Assembly: GCF_009914755.1 (NCBI RefSeq) | Contig: NC_060947.1 | Length of the DNA: 64,000 bases | Direction: 5' to 3' (one strand) | Source: the human T2T-CHM13v2.0 reference genome, Homo sapiens | Part shown: in pieces, positions 1 through 22,583 of the stretch | How the letters are laid out: every line of letters begins with the position of its first letter | How positions within the stretch are numbered: the first letter of the stretch is position 1 | The notes under the pieces: model-generated | The model's input: only the letters and a program-made list of their open reading frames with translations | What the model was told of the DNA's origin: nothing | Databases searched by the model: none | Translations under genes and position numbers: made by a program

Positions 1-261
1 TAAATTGTAAATAATACCATAGCAGATAGAATCTGTGCTAATTTTCAATGAGTAATCATGGGTTCAATCTCAGTGGCTGCCCCTTCCCTATTGTAAAAGA
101 AAAATGTTTGGTGGGGTAGGCGGGGATGAGAGGGGTAGATGGTGATATGCTGCTGAATAAGAAGGTTTGATTGATAGGTGGAATGTGCTATGATACATCT
201 CCATTGTTTACATTCTAACTCCAGGTAAATCATCCTCAGTTTCTCTAAGTTCCCCTCCTGA

Positions 262-573
<312 letters not shown>

Positions 574-925
574 TAAGAAAGGAATCAATGTACTCAGGTC
601 CTATTACTTTTACTAACTTTACTCTTTAATTGGGGAGATACTGGGTGGTAGGGTTTCTTTGGTGGGAGATTGAGGTGTCTCAGCCTTTTATTTGGTATGG
701 TGTATCACCCTGGTAGCTAGGTCCTATTCTAAGGATTCTGTTTGTGAAATGAATGCTGTGCCAGACTAGGAGTGGGAAGAGGCAAATATTCCTCCGTTAT
801 CAGGTGGTTGTTTCAAGTAAAGGACCACTTACAATGTGTCTGATGTATCTTTAATGTGGAATTTGGAGTGGAAACCTTGACCAGTGACCAATCAAGGATG
901 TGTTTTTTCTTCCCTACTTACACAG

Positions 926-1133
926 GAATTTAGGAAACTTGAGGAAAACAATGGCACTGATCTTCTGGCTGATGAAAACTTCCTGATGGTGACACAGCTG
1001 CATTGGGAGGATGATATCATCTGGGATGGGGAGGATGTCAAACACAAAGGGACAAAACCTCAGCGTGCAAGCCTGGCAGGCTGGCTTCCTTCTAGCATGA
1101 CTAGGAATGCGATGGCTTACAATGTTCAGCAAG
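926..1133 (+). CDS. TAF1: TAF1 exon 8 (EFRKLEENN...AYNVQQG)
   Basis: cacag|GAA, CAAG|gtgtgc, 208 nt; [17 protein letters not shown] motif. Confidence 0.96.
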
Positions 1134-1236
1134 GTGTGCTTCTGTGCCAGCTGTGTCTAGCAGATACTGCCCTTAATCTTAGTCACCATAAGTGGGCTCA
1201 GCTGTGATTTTTTTTTTTTTTTTTTTTTTTCGGTGA

Positions 1237-1377
<141 letters not shown>

Positions 1378-1719
1378 TGACTAATTTTTGTATTTTTAGT
1401 AGAGATGGGGTTTCTCCATGTTGGTCAGGCAGGTCTCGAACTCCCGACCTCAGGTGATCACCCGCCTCAGCCTCCCAAAGTGCTGGGATTACAGGTGTGA
1501 GCCACCACGCCCGGCTGGCTGTGATGTTCTGAGCTGCCAAGAGATAGTGAAATTTTTAGGATCTGAGGCCTAATTCTAGTCCCTGTAATTTTTATTTTAT
1601 TTTTATGCTCAACCTGGAGGAAGATAGTCCATGTAATTTTTTGCCCTGTTAAGAAGCTAGGCCAGACTCAGGTTTCTTAAAAACATGTGATAAAGATCTT
1701 TTTTTTTTTTTTTTTTTGA

Positions 1720-2027
<308 letters not shown>

Positions 2028-3310
2028 TAACAGTACTTTATAGTATATTTTTGTTCCCAAGTCCCTTTGTATTTAGAATTCTAGTTTCCTATTTTTCTCC
2101 TTAAATAGGTTTTTTTTTTTAAGGTATGCCATGATTAATGTAAAAAACTTTGAAAATACAGTATAGTGTTAAAGTCACTGGTAATCTATCTGGAGATTAT
2201 CAACTGTTAAGTTTTGGTGTATTTTCAGTGTTCTGTGTGTGTATGTAGTTGAGCTCATTTCCGTATGTACAGTTTTGCATACTGTGCTTTTCACTTACTA
2301 AATATTTTTCTCTCTTTCATTTTTTATTTTTCATTGTTGAGACAGGGCCTCACTTTGTTGCCCAGACTGGTTTCAAACTCCTAGACTCAAGTGATCTTCC
2401 TGCCTCGGTCTCCCAAAGTGCTGAGATTACAAGCAAGAGCCACCCCACCCAGCCACATAAATATTTTTGTGTCATTTAGAGTTCTTTATAAAAATGTTTA
2501 ATGACATGGGAAACTCGTTCATTTTATTTTAATTAAATTATTATTTTTTGTAGAGGTAGAGTCTTGCTATTGTTGGTCAGGCTGGACTCCTGGGCTCAGG
2601 TGATCCTCCTGCCTCAGCCTCCCGAGTAGCCAAGACTTCAGGGGCATGCCACCACGTCTGGCTTGAGAAACTCATTTTAAATGGAAATAAAGAAGATATG
2701 AAACAACATATATGATATCCTATTAGTGTAAATGAAAAAAAGCAGACTATATAAACATAGAAAGCTGGATTACTTTTATATTTTGGAGGAAAAACAAAAT
2801 TTTTTCTTTTTTGAGACAAGAGTCTCTGTCGCCCAGGGTGGAATGTGTTGGCGCGATCTTGGCTCACTGCAACATCTGCCTCCCAGGTTGAAGTGATTCT
2901 TGTGCTTCAGCCTCCCGAGTAGCTGGGATTATAGGCGTGCACCGCTGTGCCCAGCTAATTTTTGTATTTTTAGTAGAGACGGGGTTTCACCAGGTTGGCC
3001 AGGCTGGTCTTGAACTCCTGACCTCAAGTGATCTGCCTGCCTTGGTCTCCCAAAATGCTGGGATTACAGGCGTGAGCCACCACACCCGGATACAAAAATG
3101 TCTGATTTTTAAAACCTAAGAAATAGGTTTTTTCCCTTCCATTCTGCCCACTTTATGGGTTATATATTACTATTACGAATGTTTCATAATTTACCGATAA
3201 CATGTTGCATTTGTTAATACAATTTATTACCATTTATTGTTAGCATACTTTACCATATCATTTATTGTCATAATTTAACCAATTCCTTCTTAAACATTTA
3301 GGCTATTTAA

Positions 3311-3493
<183 letters not shown>

Positions 3494-3843
3494 TAGCTGG
3501 GATTACAGGCATGTGCCACCACACCCAGCTAATTTTTGTATTTTTTGTAAAGATGGGGCTTCTCAATGTTGGTCAGGTTGGTCTTGAACTCCTGACCTGA
3601 AGTGATCCACCTGCCTCGGCCTCCCAAAATGCTGTGATTACAGGTGTGAGCCACCGTGCTGAGCCTGCAACATTATTTTAAAGTGAGAAATACACTGTGT
3701 AGGTTCCTTTTCAGTGGACACATGAATAACTCCACTAACTCGCTCTACTAACATGAGTAACTCTTTTTATCTTTGCCAGAATCTTGATTGAAAGGGGCAT
3801 AAATGTTTTCTCTGTTACTATTTCCTCCTTGCACTTTGACTAG

Positions 3844-4020
3844 GTTTTGCAGCCACTCTTGATGATGACAAACCTTGGTACTCCATTTTTCCCATTGACA
3901 ATGAGGATCTGGTATATGGACGCTGGGAGGACAATATCATTTGGGATGCTCAGGCCATGCCCCGGCTGTTGGAACCTCCTGTTTTGACACTTGATCCCAA
4001 TGATGAGAACCTCATTTTGG
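3844..4020 (+). CDS. TAF1: TAF1 exon 9 ([16 protein letters not shown]...DENLIL)
   Basis: gactag|GT, TTGG|gtatat, 177 nt; phase matches neighbouring exons. Confidence 0.95.
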
Positions 4021-4115
4021 GTATATTACTGGCAGAGGCCAGTGTTTCTTCTCCTTTGAAAACTTGCTGTTAATGTCAACGGGCAGGAGGAAATCAGAAG
4101 GGTTGGAGATGATTA

Positions 4116-4525
4116 GGACTAGAAACCTGTAGGTAGCGGCTTGAGAGAGCGAAGTTTTGGCTGTTAGTTTATATTATTTGTGTATATGCTTAGGGAACAC
4201 TCACGTAGGAATGTTGGAAAGTTGCAACTTTGAGATGTCAAGAGCATAGTTTGTTCCGTTAGTGAATCATGGACTCGAAACTTCTAGGTAGCAGTTTGAG
4301 AGAGCAAAATTGTGGCAGTTAGTTTTTATTATTTGTGTATTCCCTAGGGAAAACTCATGTAGGACTGTCGGAAAGTAGTACCTTTGAGATGTCAAGCGTG
4401 TAGTTCACTTAGTGAATCATGTACTAGAAGTGATTTGGGATGGGATGAAAAGATACAGGTGTAGTTCAGTTAGTAAATCGTGGACTAGAAGTTACCTGGG
4501 GGGGGGTGGGATGAAAGGTCTAGTT
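4116..4525. repeat. Diverged local tandem duplication (155 + 150 bp units, then two ~45-60-bp units)
   Basis: Units begin G(G/T)ACT(A/C)GAA at 4116, 4271, 4421 and 4482; units 1 and 2 align end to end. Confidence 0.85.
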
Positions 4526-4527
4526 AA

Positions 4528-4824
<297 letters not shown>

Positions 4825-4861
4825 TAGTCTGACCGAGATTTGTTTGATTATCTATCATTAG

Positions 4862-4990
<129 letters not shown>

Positions 4991-5091
4991 TGATAGAGGA
5001 GAACCCCATGGCTTTGTTCTGACGGAGGATATGGGAAAATCTTGCTTAGGATGGAATTAGCTAATTTTAACCCTTCTATTTCCTGTTTTAG

Positions 5092-5268
<177 letters not shown>

Positions 5269-5565
5269 TAATTGAATTCTGGTTAGAAAACAGCTATAAA
5301 GGATATTGGGGTATAAATTAAGGGAATGTACCAGGTATTAGATTGTATTAGGGAATTGGTTATTTTCTCAGATGTGATAGAATGTTATTTTGGTTATTTA
5401 GGAGAATGTCTTTATTGTTAGGTGATGCATGTGAAAATATTTAAAGGTGAGGTGTCAGAATGACTGCATCTTTCAAAAACTGTCCAGCAAAGTCTATAGA
5501 AAGATAAAAGTTTAAAAAAATGGCGAAATATAAACAGCGACGTGGGATAATAAGTGTTCATAGTA

Positions 5566-5904
5566 CAGTCGTCCTTCGTTATCTCTGGGAGATTGGTTCT
5601 AGGACCTTCTCTGGATACCAAAATCTTTAGATGTTCCAGTTTCTGATAAAATAGCATAATATTTGCACATAACCTATGCACATCCTCTCCTATAGTTTAA
5701 ATCACCTCTAGATTACTTATAATACCTACTCCAATGTAAATGCTATGTGAATAGTTGTTAACACTGTTATTGGTTAGGGAATAATGACAAGAAAAGTCTG
5801 TACCTGTTCAGCACAGATGCACTTGTATTTTCTGAATATTTTCTATCTATGGTTGGTTGAAATCACGGATGCAGAACCCATACATGGATATGGAGGGCCG
5901 ACTG
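5566..5904. mobile_element. MER2 (Tigger-family non-autonomous DNA transposon)
   Basis: TIRs CAGTCGTCCTTC.../...GGAGGGCCGACTG, TA target duplication, 339 bp. Confidence 0.85.
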
Positions 5905-5963
5905 TACTATTCTTTGAACTTTACAGTATGTTTGAAAATTTTGATTATGAAATTGGAAAATAG

Positions 5964-6320
<357 letters not shown>

Positions 6321-6468
6321 TAACATAGCTGTAGTGAGACAAACTGCAAACTTACATACAAATTTTTTATTATTAACGTAGCTGTAGTTAGAGATCTACT
6401 GGTAATCTGTGAACATATACCATAAATTTCTTGGGAGAAAGGAGTGGTACCTTTTTTTGTAGTTATAA

Positions 6469-6966
<498 letters not shown>

Positions 6967-7045
6967 TATTAGTAAAGTGCTATGGTCATATTGTGTAGGA
7001 TTATTGATATATTCTAAATAACTGGGTCTTCTGTGTTCCTTATAG

Positions 7046-7150
7046 AAACCTGGAAAAGATCCTGGAGCACCAGATTGTAAATATGGGGAAACTGTTTACT
7101 GCCATACATCTCCTTTCCTGGGTTCTCTCCATCCTGGCCAATTGCTGCAA
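7046..7150 (+). CDS. TAF1: TAF1 exon 14 ([10 protein letters not shown]...[14 protein letters not shown])
   Basis: ttatag|AAA, CAA|gtgagg, 105 nt. Confidence 0.96.
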
Positions 7151-8098
7151 GTGAGGAATTCTTTCCTGTTTTTACTGTTAACTAAGGAAATTGATAAATG
7201 AGGAACCAGTCAGCTCAGAAAGAACTATTATAATTCTAGTTGATTGAGATGCTTTAATTTTAAGTACAAAGAAAATAAGTATAATCCAAAAATGTTTTAA
7301 AGAAATCTTTTTCTTAAAACTGGCTGTGAATTGTGTTATTCTCAGGCTAAATGTAAAATAGGTTTTTAAAAATACACACTGGTAAGCTCAGTAACATCTG
7401 GGAAGCATAAGGAAGTCAACCTAGGATGAATTTACTATAAATTTACTATAATTTATGAATATTTAATTTTTGTGTATAAAATTGATAACATTTTGATCAC
7501 ATTAGCTGTGGTTATTGTGAATATTGAACCACACCTGAACTGTGCCATCTACAGTCCCCAGCCATAGTGAAATGCTTTTTTTTTCCCTCCTTTGTTCTAA
7601 TGGGTGTAAAGAGGCTCTCTTATAACAGCTTTTATATATTCAAGGGGGGAAGTATGATGGTCCACAAATGATGTGGAAAATCTCTAGCACTCTCCCATCT
7701 TGTTTTTTTTCTCCATTTCATTTCTCTTGGCAATCTTAACCATTTGTCCTACTCTTATACCTAGTTTATTCTACTGTTGTTGTTGTTTATTCTCCTAAAG
7801 CATCTGCAAAGCTCAGTTTTTTTCTTTATCCTTTACATTCATAGTCTATTGCTAACCGGATGTTTAGTATCATCTTTGTATTGTTCTTCTCCTTTCCCTG
7901 GAACTTTCTGTTGAGGTTTTCTACCAATTCAGCCTCTTCTTTTGTGGCTACTTTTGTAGTCTCTTAAAGATCTTTTTCTGGCCGAGCGTGGTGGCTCACG
8001 CCTGTTAATCCCAGCACTTTGGGAGGCCGAGGTGGGCGAATCACCTGAGGTCAGGAGTTCGAGACCAGTCTGACCAACATGGAGAAACTCTGCCTCTA

Positions 8099-8322
<224 letters not shown>

Positions 8323-8571
8323 TCACATGTAGAATTTTCTTTCCACACTCAGTGATGGTCTTCCCTCTTTCTGTCTACTCTTCTGATTTTCGGGGAAGGC
8401 TTTCCTTAGACTCAGGCTTCTTGTGACAGTTTATCCCTATCTTGCCTCTACTTAAACTGGCTCAAATGTTTCTGTTCAGCTGTCCTCTGTCCTACTGTCT
8501 TGTGTTTTCCTTTTGTTTTTTCCCAGCCTATTCTGTCTAGCACTCTTTCTACCTCATTGGTTGTTTTATGA

Positions 8572-8797
<226 letters not shown>

Positions 8798-9361
8798 TAA
8801 AGTGATCTACCTGCCTCGGCTTCCCAAAGTGCTGAGATTACAGGCATGAGTCACTGTGCCCGGCGTTGTTTTGTTTTTTAATTAGTTTAATAATTTATTC
8901 AACAAATGTTGCTCTCACACGTTGTGTGTTGGGCTACACTGGGGTCTAGGGTAGTAGTATAGTACTTGGTACATTATGAAGTGATTTTCATATGTAATCT
9001 TCATAGCAGTCCTGTGAGGTATAGGCATTTTTAAGTATCTCTGTTTTGTAGATGAGGAAAACTAAACTTAGACATGTTAAATAGCTTAAATAGACATGTT
9101 AAATCATAGAGGTAATGGCAGAGCTAGCATCATCTGAATTCACATCCTGTATTTTCTCCCCTACTGACTCTGAAAGATAGTGGATGAAAAATTGTTTAGT
9201 CACATTTGATAATCTATATTTTAATTTATTTGTATTACTGGATAGACCTTAGATGGCGTAATTAAGATGGAGAGCAATAAGCTTGGTATTTCTTTCTCAG
9301 CAGTTGACTGAATTTCCTAGGGCTACTCTGTATATAATTTTTGTGTTTTTACTTTTGTTAG

Positions 9362-10490
<1,129 letters not shown>

Positions 10491-10780
10491 TGACTAGTTA
10501 TTTGTCTGCCTTTTTCCAAGAAAAGAATTTTGATGGCTTTGAGTTAAAGGATAAGCATATAGTTAATAAAATAGAAATTGATGGCTGTTGAAAGGAGGTA
10601 GCAGATCTTCTAACACTCTGGTTGCTTTTTTGAATTTGGCTGCCAGGAAGTTTAATGTGATTGTTGGATATCTTCTATGAGTTGTAGGAAACTTAGCAGC
10701 TGGGGTTTTCTTGGCCAGTCATGCCAACTGTGGCTAGGCCTGTTACAGTTTTGGTTTGCTGTCCCTGTTGCTGTCAATAA

Positions 10781-11041
<261 letters not shown>

Positions 11042-11658
11042 TGAGAGAGAAGATTCTTTCTCTGACTGGCTTAGGGAGGATGGTTTACTAGATTATTACC
11101 AATTACTAAAAAGTTCAATTTGTATAAAGTACTTCTACGTACATCAGTTCTGGAGAAAAACTATAGTGTAGCTAAGTATCAGTGGGAAGGCATAATGAGG
11201 AACTTTGGGCATATTGTTTTGCTTTGAAAATGGTGACTGGGTGACTTTAATCTCTTCTTTGCAAGATAAGCATATAAGCAGGGAAAGTACTTGTCAGCCT
11301 CTCAGGTAGGCAGAGATGATGATGGTGCTGAATGTGTGGTTTAGAGAAGCACAGAATTCTTATAAGGCCAAAAGAGAAAAGGTCCAGCTGAGGTGTGACA
11401 GCACAGCTCTGTCCCACTGAGTTAATGAGACTCAGTTATTGAGCATCTCTGTTCAGCTTGCTTATGGGCTGTAACTATCTGTATATCAGCTAGTAAGCTC
11501 CTTGGCATGTTGTAATGTATCTTATAGCTTAAGGATGTGCCGTGGTGTTAGATATAGTGAAGACTTTATGGAATCCATCTATGCAAAATAGACTTTGGTA
11601 TTCTGTACTTGTATTCAGTAAAAAAAAAACTTGTGCTTTGTGTTTTTTAACTGACTGA

Positions 11659-11790
<132 letters not shown>

Positions 11791-12935
11791 TAGTCATTAA
11801 TACATCTCATTTATCCTTTTAAAAGAGACAGCTTTATTGAGATAACATAAAATAAACTGTACACATTTAAAGTATACTGTTAGATGTTCTTGCTTTATTC
11901 ATGCCAGAAAAAATGATGCGATATATCAAATATTATATTTTATATGATATGGGTTTGTTTTTTTTTGTTTGTTTTGTTTTTTGACAGAATCTTGCTCTGT
12001 CACCCAGGCTGGAGTGCAGTGGTGGCATGACCTCGACTCACTGCAACCTTCACCTACCGGGGTTCCTGCAATTCTCGCGATTCTCCTGCCTCAGCCTCCC
12101 GAGTAGCTGAAATTACAGTTGCACGCCACCATGCCCAGCTAATTTTTTGTATTTTTAGTAGAGATGGTGTTTCACCATGTTGGCCAGACTGGTCTTGAGC
12201 TCCTGACCTCAAGTGATCCTCGTGCCTTGGCCTCCCAAAGGGCTGGGATTACAGGCATGAGTCACTGCACCTGGCAGGATTTTCATTTCTTCTAGAAAAA
12301 AGACTTTGACCTGATTTATAAGACTTCACATGATTTGGGCCTTGCATATTAATCTGACCTCCTTTCATCTCCTGTCACTGCCTGTCTTATATTCTAAGCT
12401 CCAACCATACCGAAGTTCATTCAGTTTCCTAAATTTCTCTTCCCTTTCAGAATTTTTCAGTTATGTCTTCTACTGAGATATTTTTTCTCCACTCCTCTGC
12501 CATTTGACTCTCATCTACAAGTTATTTTCTCTGGGAAGCTTTCCTGGACTTTTCCCCTCATTCCACCCTGGATTTCGATTGGATGATAATTCTCCTTTCA
12601 TTATGTACATATAGTACCCCTTTACTTTTTTCTTTCCCAAGATAGGGTCTTGCTCTGTTACCCAGGCTGTACCGTGGTGAGATCACAGCTCACTGTAGCC
12701 TTGAACTCCTGGGCTCAAGCAGTCCTTCTATCTCAGCCTCCCGAGTAGCTGGGACAACAAGCACACACCACCACACCCAGCTAATAGTTTAAATTTTTTG
12801 TAGAAATGTCTCACGGCCGGGCGCGGTGGCTCATGCCTGTAGTCCCAACACTTTGGGAGGCCGAGGCGGGCAGATCACCTGAGGTCAGGAGTTCGAGACC
12901 AGCCTGGCCAACATGGTGAAACCCTGACTCTACTA

Positions 12936-13073
<138 letters not shown>

Positions 13074-14648
13074 CTAAAAGAACGAATCTCCATCTCAAAA
13101 AAAAAAAAGAAAGAAAGAAATGGGATCTTACTGTGTTGCCCAGGCTGATTTTGAACTCCTAGGCTCAAACGATCGTCCTGCCTTGGCCTTCTAAAGTGTT
13201 GGGATGATAGGCATGAACCACTGTGCCTGGCCTCTACTTTCTTCCCGTGGCACTGATCACATAGTACTGAACTTGGTTGGCTGTTTTTCCCTCACTAACT
13301 TGAGGTTCATGAAAAAGTAGTATGGAGGAGTAGTGTGTAGTTGGTATTCAATAAATATTTGTTAAATGAATTAAGTGATTATAAAATGAAGCAGAAAATG
13401 AGGCCACACAGAGTGAGTAAAGAATCGTTGTACTACTCTCTTGAGGTTGGAATGAAAAATGAGTGGATATCTAAGAATTTCAGAAATTAAGAATTCTTTT
13501 GAGGCCAGGCGCAGTGGCTCAGGCCTGTAATCATAGCATTTGGGGAGGCCAAGGTGGGAGGGTTACTTGAGGCCAAGGGTTCAAGACCAACCTGGCCAAC
13601 ATAGTGAGACCCTGTCTCTAAAAAAGAAAAACAATTTTTTTTAAATTAAAAATAAAAAAAGAATTCTGTTGAATGGCTTTCCAGATTGAACCTTAGAGAA
13701 TGGCCATTTTCTTGCTAATCATATATACTCTTTTTTTTTTTTTTTTTGAGACAGAGTCTCACTCTGTCTCCCAGGCTGGAGTGCAGTGGTGCAGTCTGCT
13801 GACTGCAACCTCTGCCTGCTGGGTTCAAGCCATTCTCGTGCCTCAGCCTTCTGAGTAGCTGGGACTATAGGTGTGCGCCACCACGCCTGGCTAATTTTTG
13901 TACTTTTAGTAGAGATGGGGTTTCACCATGTTGGCCAGGCTGGTCTTGAACTCCTGGCCTCAAGAGATCTGCCCGCCTCAGCCTCCCAGAGTGTTGGGAT
14001 TACAGGTGTGAGTCACCACACCTGGCCTCATGTACTCCTGACTGGTCTGTGTGGGCAGGCACATTCACCCCTTGGCTTAATTCTTTAAGAATCTTGCAGG
14101 GGTTGGTAAACACTATTCAGGGTCCCAGGAGAGGACAGACCTTTTTGACCAAACCAGTGGCAGAAATAGAATGGACTTTGGTTTAGTGTCACTGGAAAAG
14201 GGGCCAATGCTTTGAAAGCAAGCATGTCAAGTATTTCGAGAAAATAGGTTTCATTCTAAAACAGCTGTTTGAGCAATTGGACAATCAAATGTAGTCATTA
14301 GTCTAATTTTGAGCATCATGAGGGTGAGGGAAACACTGTCCTTAAGAATGTTTATTGAAGCCCAAGGGATAAGGGGCTGAAGGGATACCACTGTTCTTTA
14401 TTTTTCTCCTTATCCTGCCTGAGCTCTTGACCTCTATTTAATATCATGTTGTAAGTATTGTACCATAGGATAGAAGAGAACTGAGTACTAGGTAGCTATA
14501 TTTAACTGTTGATTTTTGTGGACAGTTTAAGAGAGCATGAACCCACAGAAATTAAAAATTAGAAAAAAAGAACATGAAAATAGTTTGTAATTATTCTACT
14601 CTTGTAGATATTGGCTAGACATAGAACAAATGTTTCCCACTGCCCTGA

Positions 14649-14843
<195 letters not shown>

Positions 14844-14975
14844 TGAAAAAGTCAAGGGAGAAAGAAATGGGTGAGTGGAGGACTTGGAATGTAGTTAAGG
14901 TAGCAGAATGACTTAGATGCCTACTTAAAAGGAATTCAGGTTTTTAGGAGTCTCACTTTTTTTTGTTTGAGGTAG

Positions 14976-15140
<165 letters not shown>

Positions 15141-15323
15141 TAGAGTTGGAATTGCTAGGAGGCAGATGTAAAGAACTATCTGGGGAACTTTATTGTAGGG
15201 TATAGTAAGCTAAGTCTTAGATATTGTTTTAGGAGTTATCTTTCTATGTAATCTGCTTTGGGGTGATTTTTCTTTTTTGGTCTAACTGTGTACATTGGCT
15301 TGTCCTTTGAAATCCCTGAATGA

Positions 15324-15325
<2 letters not shown>

Positions 15326-15366
<41 letters not shown>
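15326..15366. repeat. (TG)20 microsatellite
   Basis: Uninterrupted TG run ending 35 nt upstream of the exon 21 acceptor. Confidence 0.97.
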
Positions 15367-15370
<4 letters not shown>

Positions 15371-15401
15371 TTATATTTGTGTGTGGCTATTTGTCTCGTA
15401 G

Positions 15402-15662
<261 letters not shown>

Positions 15663-16135
15663 TAAAAGTTTGACTACCTAGGTAGTCAGATATCTGACAT
15701 GTCAGGGTAGTATATGTTTGTAATCCCACCACCAGATTACCTATTCCCTTCAACCCAACTTGGCAAAATTTTTGAACAGAAGGAAACGCTAGTCTTGTGT
15801 TCTAGGTTCCATGACAACTTTTATGGCCTACTTGGGCCTAACAAATAGCACAATGGTAGCAGGTGACAGGTAGGGCTTTTTTCTAAAGGTTTAGTTGTGA
15901 GAGGATGTTAATACACTATTAAAAATGACCAGTGTGCTGATTTATTTATCAAGTTGTCTCCAGGAATTCTGAAAGAGTTACTACAATTTTTCAAACTTAT
16001 CTTGTTGACCAAATGTCTAGGAAAACTTTGTAAAGCTTTTCTGTTAAGGGCCCCATGTCTTAGTGGATTTTGAGTATGCCTTTTTAAGGTTGATTTCCCA
16101 ATTTTTTACTTTTGCCTGCAACCATATTTCTTTAG

Positions 16136-16372
<237 letters not shown>

Positions 16373-16678
16373 TAAAAAAGAGAAGGGTTAAAAAAGGAGC
16401 CTACGTAACTGCAGACTGTAATTGAGGGAGATCTGGAGGCAGAAGATGTAAGGGATGCATGTAGAAAAGTCTGTGAATGAAGTAGAAAGCTTTTTACAAA
16501 CTGGACTCTAGGATTGTCTGTGGAGGACCAATTGCAGAGATGATGCCACTCCACTAACTGCCTCTGTATCAGGTGCCTGGCCAAGCCTGGGCTATTAGTG
16601 CTGTACTTCAAATGAGCTTTTTGTGCATTTATCCTAGAGGGTAAGAGTTTTTAATACAGAATTTGTAAATGAATTTAG

Positions 16679-16990
<312 letters not shown>

Positions 16991-17463
16991 TAGAAAATGT
17001 TGCCCAGGATGGTGTCGAACTCCTGAGCTCAAAGTGATCCGCCTGCCTCAGCCTCCCAAAGTGTTGGCATTACAGGCGTGAGCCACTGCGCCTGGCCTTA
17101 AATGTGCATTTTCTGAGAACATTCATGGCTTTCAGAAGACCCTCAGAAGGAGTCTTAGACCATAAAAAGAGTTTTAAAATTGTAGAAATTGAGGGTGGGA
17201 ATAATAAAGACCTGAATTGGGTTGGGATATGGAGGGCATTAAGGATGAAAATCAAGGCAACCTTAAGATTTCACTCTGGGATTACTAGAAAGATGTTGGT
17301 ACCATTGATTAAAGTAGTGAATTTCAAGGTCTGACATGCTGGCTCATGCCTGTAATGCTAGCACTTTGGGAGGTCGAAGTGAGAGGATCATATGAGCCCC
17401 GGAGTTTGAGACCAGCCTGGGCAACATGGTGAAACCCTGTTTCTACAGAAAATACAAAAATTA

Positions 17464-17613
<150 letters not shown>

Positions 17614-17869
17614 TTAGGAAGGGAATGTGTAATATGTGGAGTTTGAGGTCCCTTTGACACCCTTGAAGTATACATGTTAAAGAGGCAGTTGAAAACTTGG
17701 TTGTTGATACTGCGAGAGAGGATAAAGGCTGATGATGAAGATTTATATGGCTTCTCAGTCACAGTAGTCTTCCCTTTGTTTCCTCTTTTCTGTAAAAGTT
17801 TTGTGTAATTTCATTGTTTTGGGTCCTTTGTAAAAATGTGATATAGCCCTTCCACCAATGTGGTCATCT

Positions 17870-18482
<613 letters not shown>

Positions 18483-18570
18483 TCAACCTCCTGGGCTCAA
18501 GGGATCCTCCCACCTCAGCCTCCTGAGTAGCTGGGACCACAGGTGTGTACCACCACACCTGGCTAGTTAA

Positions 18571-18714
<144 letters not shown>

Positions 18715-18969
18715 TGATCATCACCCACTTCCTACATGGTCTTTTCTCTTGCACTGTTGTTCAGAGGAATCTGCTTCTCTATCTCCTATAGCAAACATGT
18801 AGTTCTTTGAGGTTTTTTCAGAACTTTTTGTACTTACAAAAGTTGGGAAATTGGCCAGGCGTGTGGCTTAGGCCTGTAATCCCAGCATGTTGGGAGGCCA
18901 AGGCTGGCCTATCTCTTGAGCCCAGGAGTTAGAGACCAGCCTAGGCAATGTGACAAGACCCCGTCTCTA

Positions 18970-19989
<1,020 letters not shown>

Positions 19990-20177
19990 TAGAACTCTGC
20001 TGTAATTGAGAACTATCTTGCCTTTAGATTGGGTTTGAATAGAGCCAAATTACAGGGAAAATTCTATTCGGTATTTGCCACGAGATGAAGGCATGTTTTG
20101 TTCCATTTTGGTCCTTTGCATTTTGATTGGTTGGTTTGCAAAAATCTTAGAGATTACTGGCCGGGCGCGGTGGCTCA

Positions 20178-20473
<296 letters not shown>

Positions 20474-20607
20474 TCAGGACTTATTCTAAGAGAGTTACCT
20501 CTGCAAATGGAGGGCTGACTAGGGAGGGAGATGGGAATGGCATGTAGCCCCTTTTATCTTAGCCTGGATGGATTACTTTAGTCCTGAGATGTTAGCTATC
20601 ACGATAG

Positions 20608-20865
<258 letters not shown>

Positions 20866-21002
20866 TAACGGAGCAAAGGAAGAATGTATACCTTTTCCTT
20901 TAGCTTTTGATATCCTCCTTTACTGGGAATGAGGGAAGTATATTGTGGAAAGCTGGTTTGAATTGATGTGACTACTTGGGGGTGTTCTCAATACTAATGT
21001 GA

Positions 21003-22583
<1,581 letters not shown>

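Noticed and set aside
113-135. G-run cluster (possible G-quadruplex)
   Set aside because: Only three good G-tracts with irregular loops; unremarkable.
4116-4525. Repeat-spacer-like periodicity resembling a CRISPR array
   Set aside because: Human intron; the units are homologous along their length rather than repeats with unique spacers.
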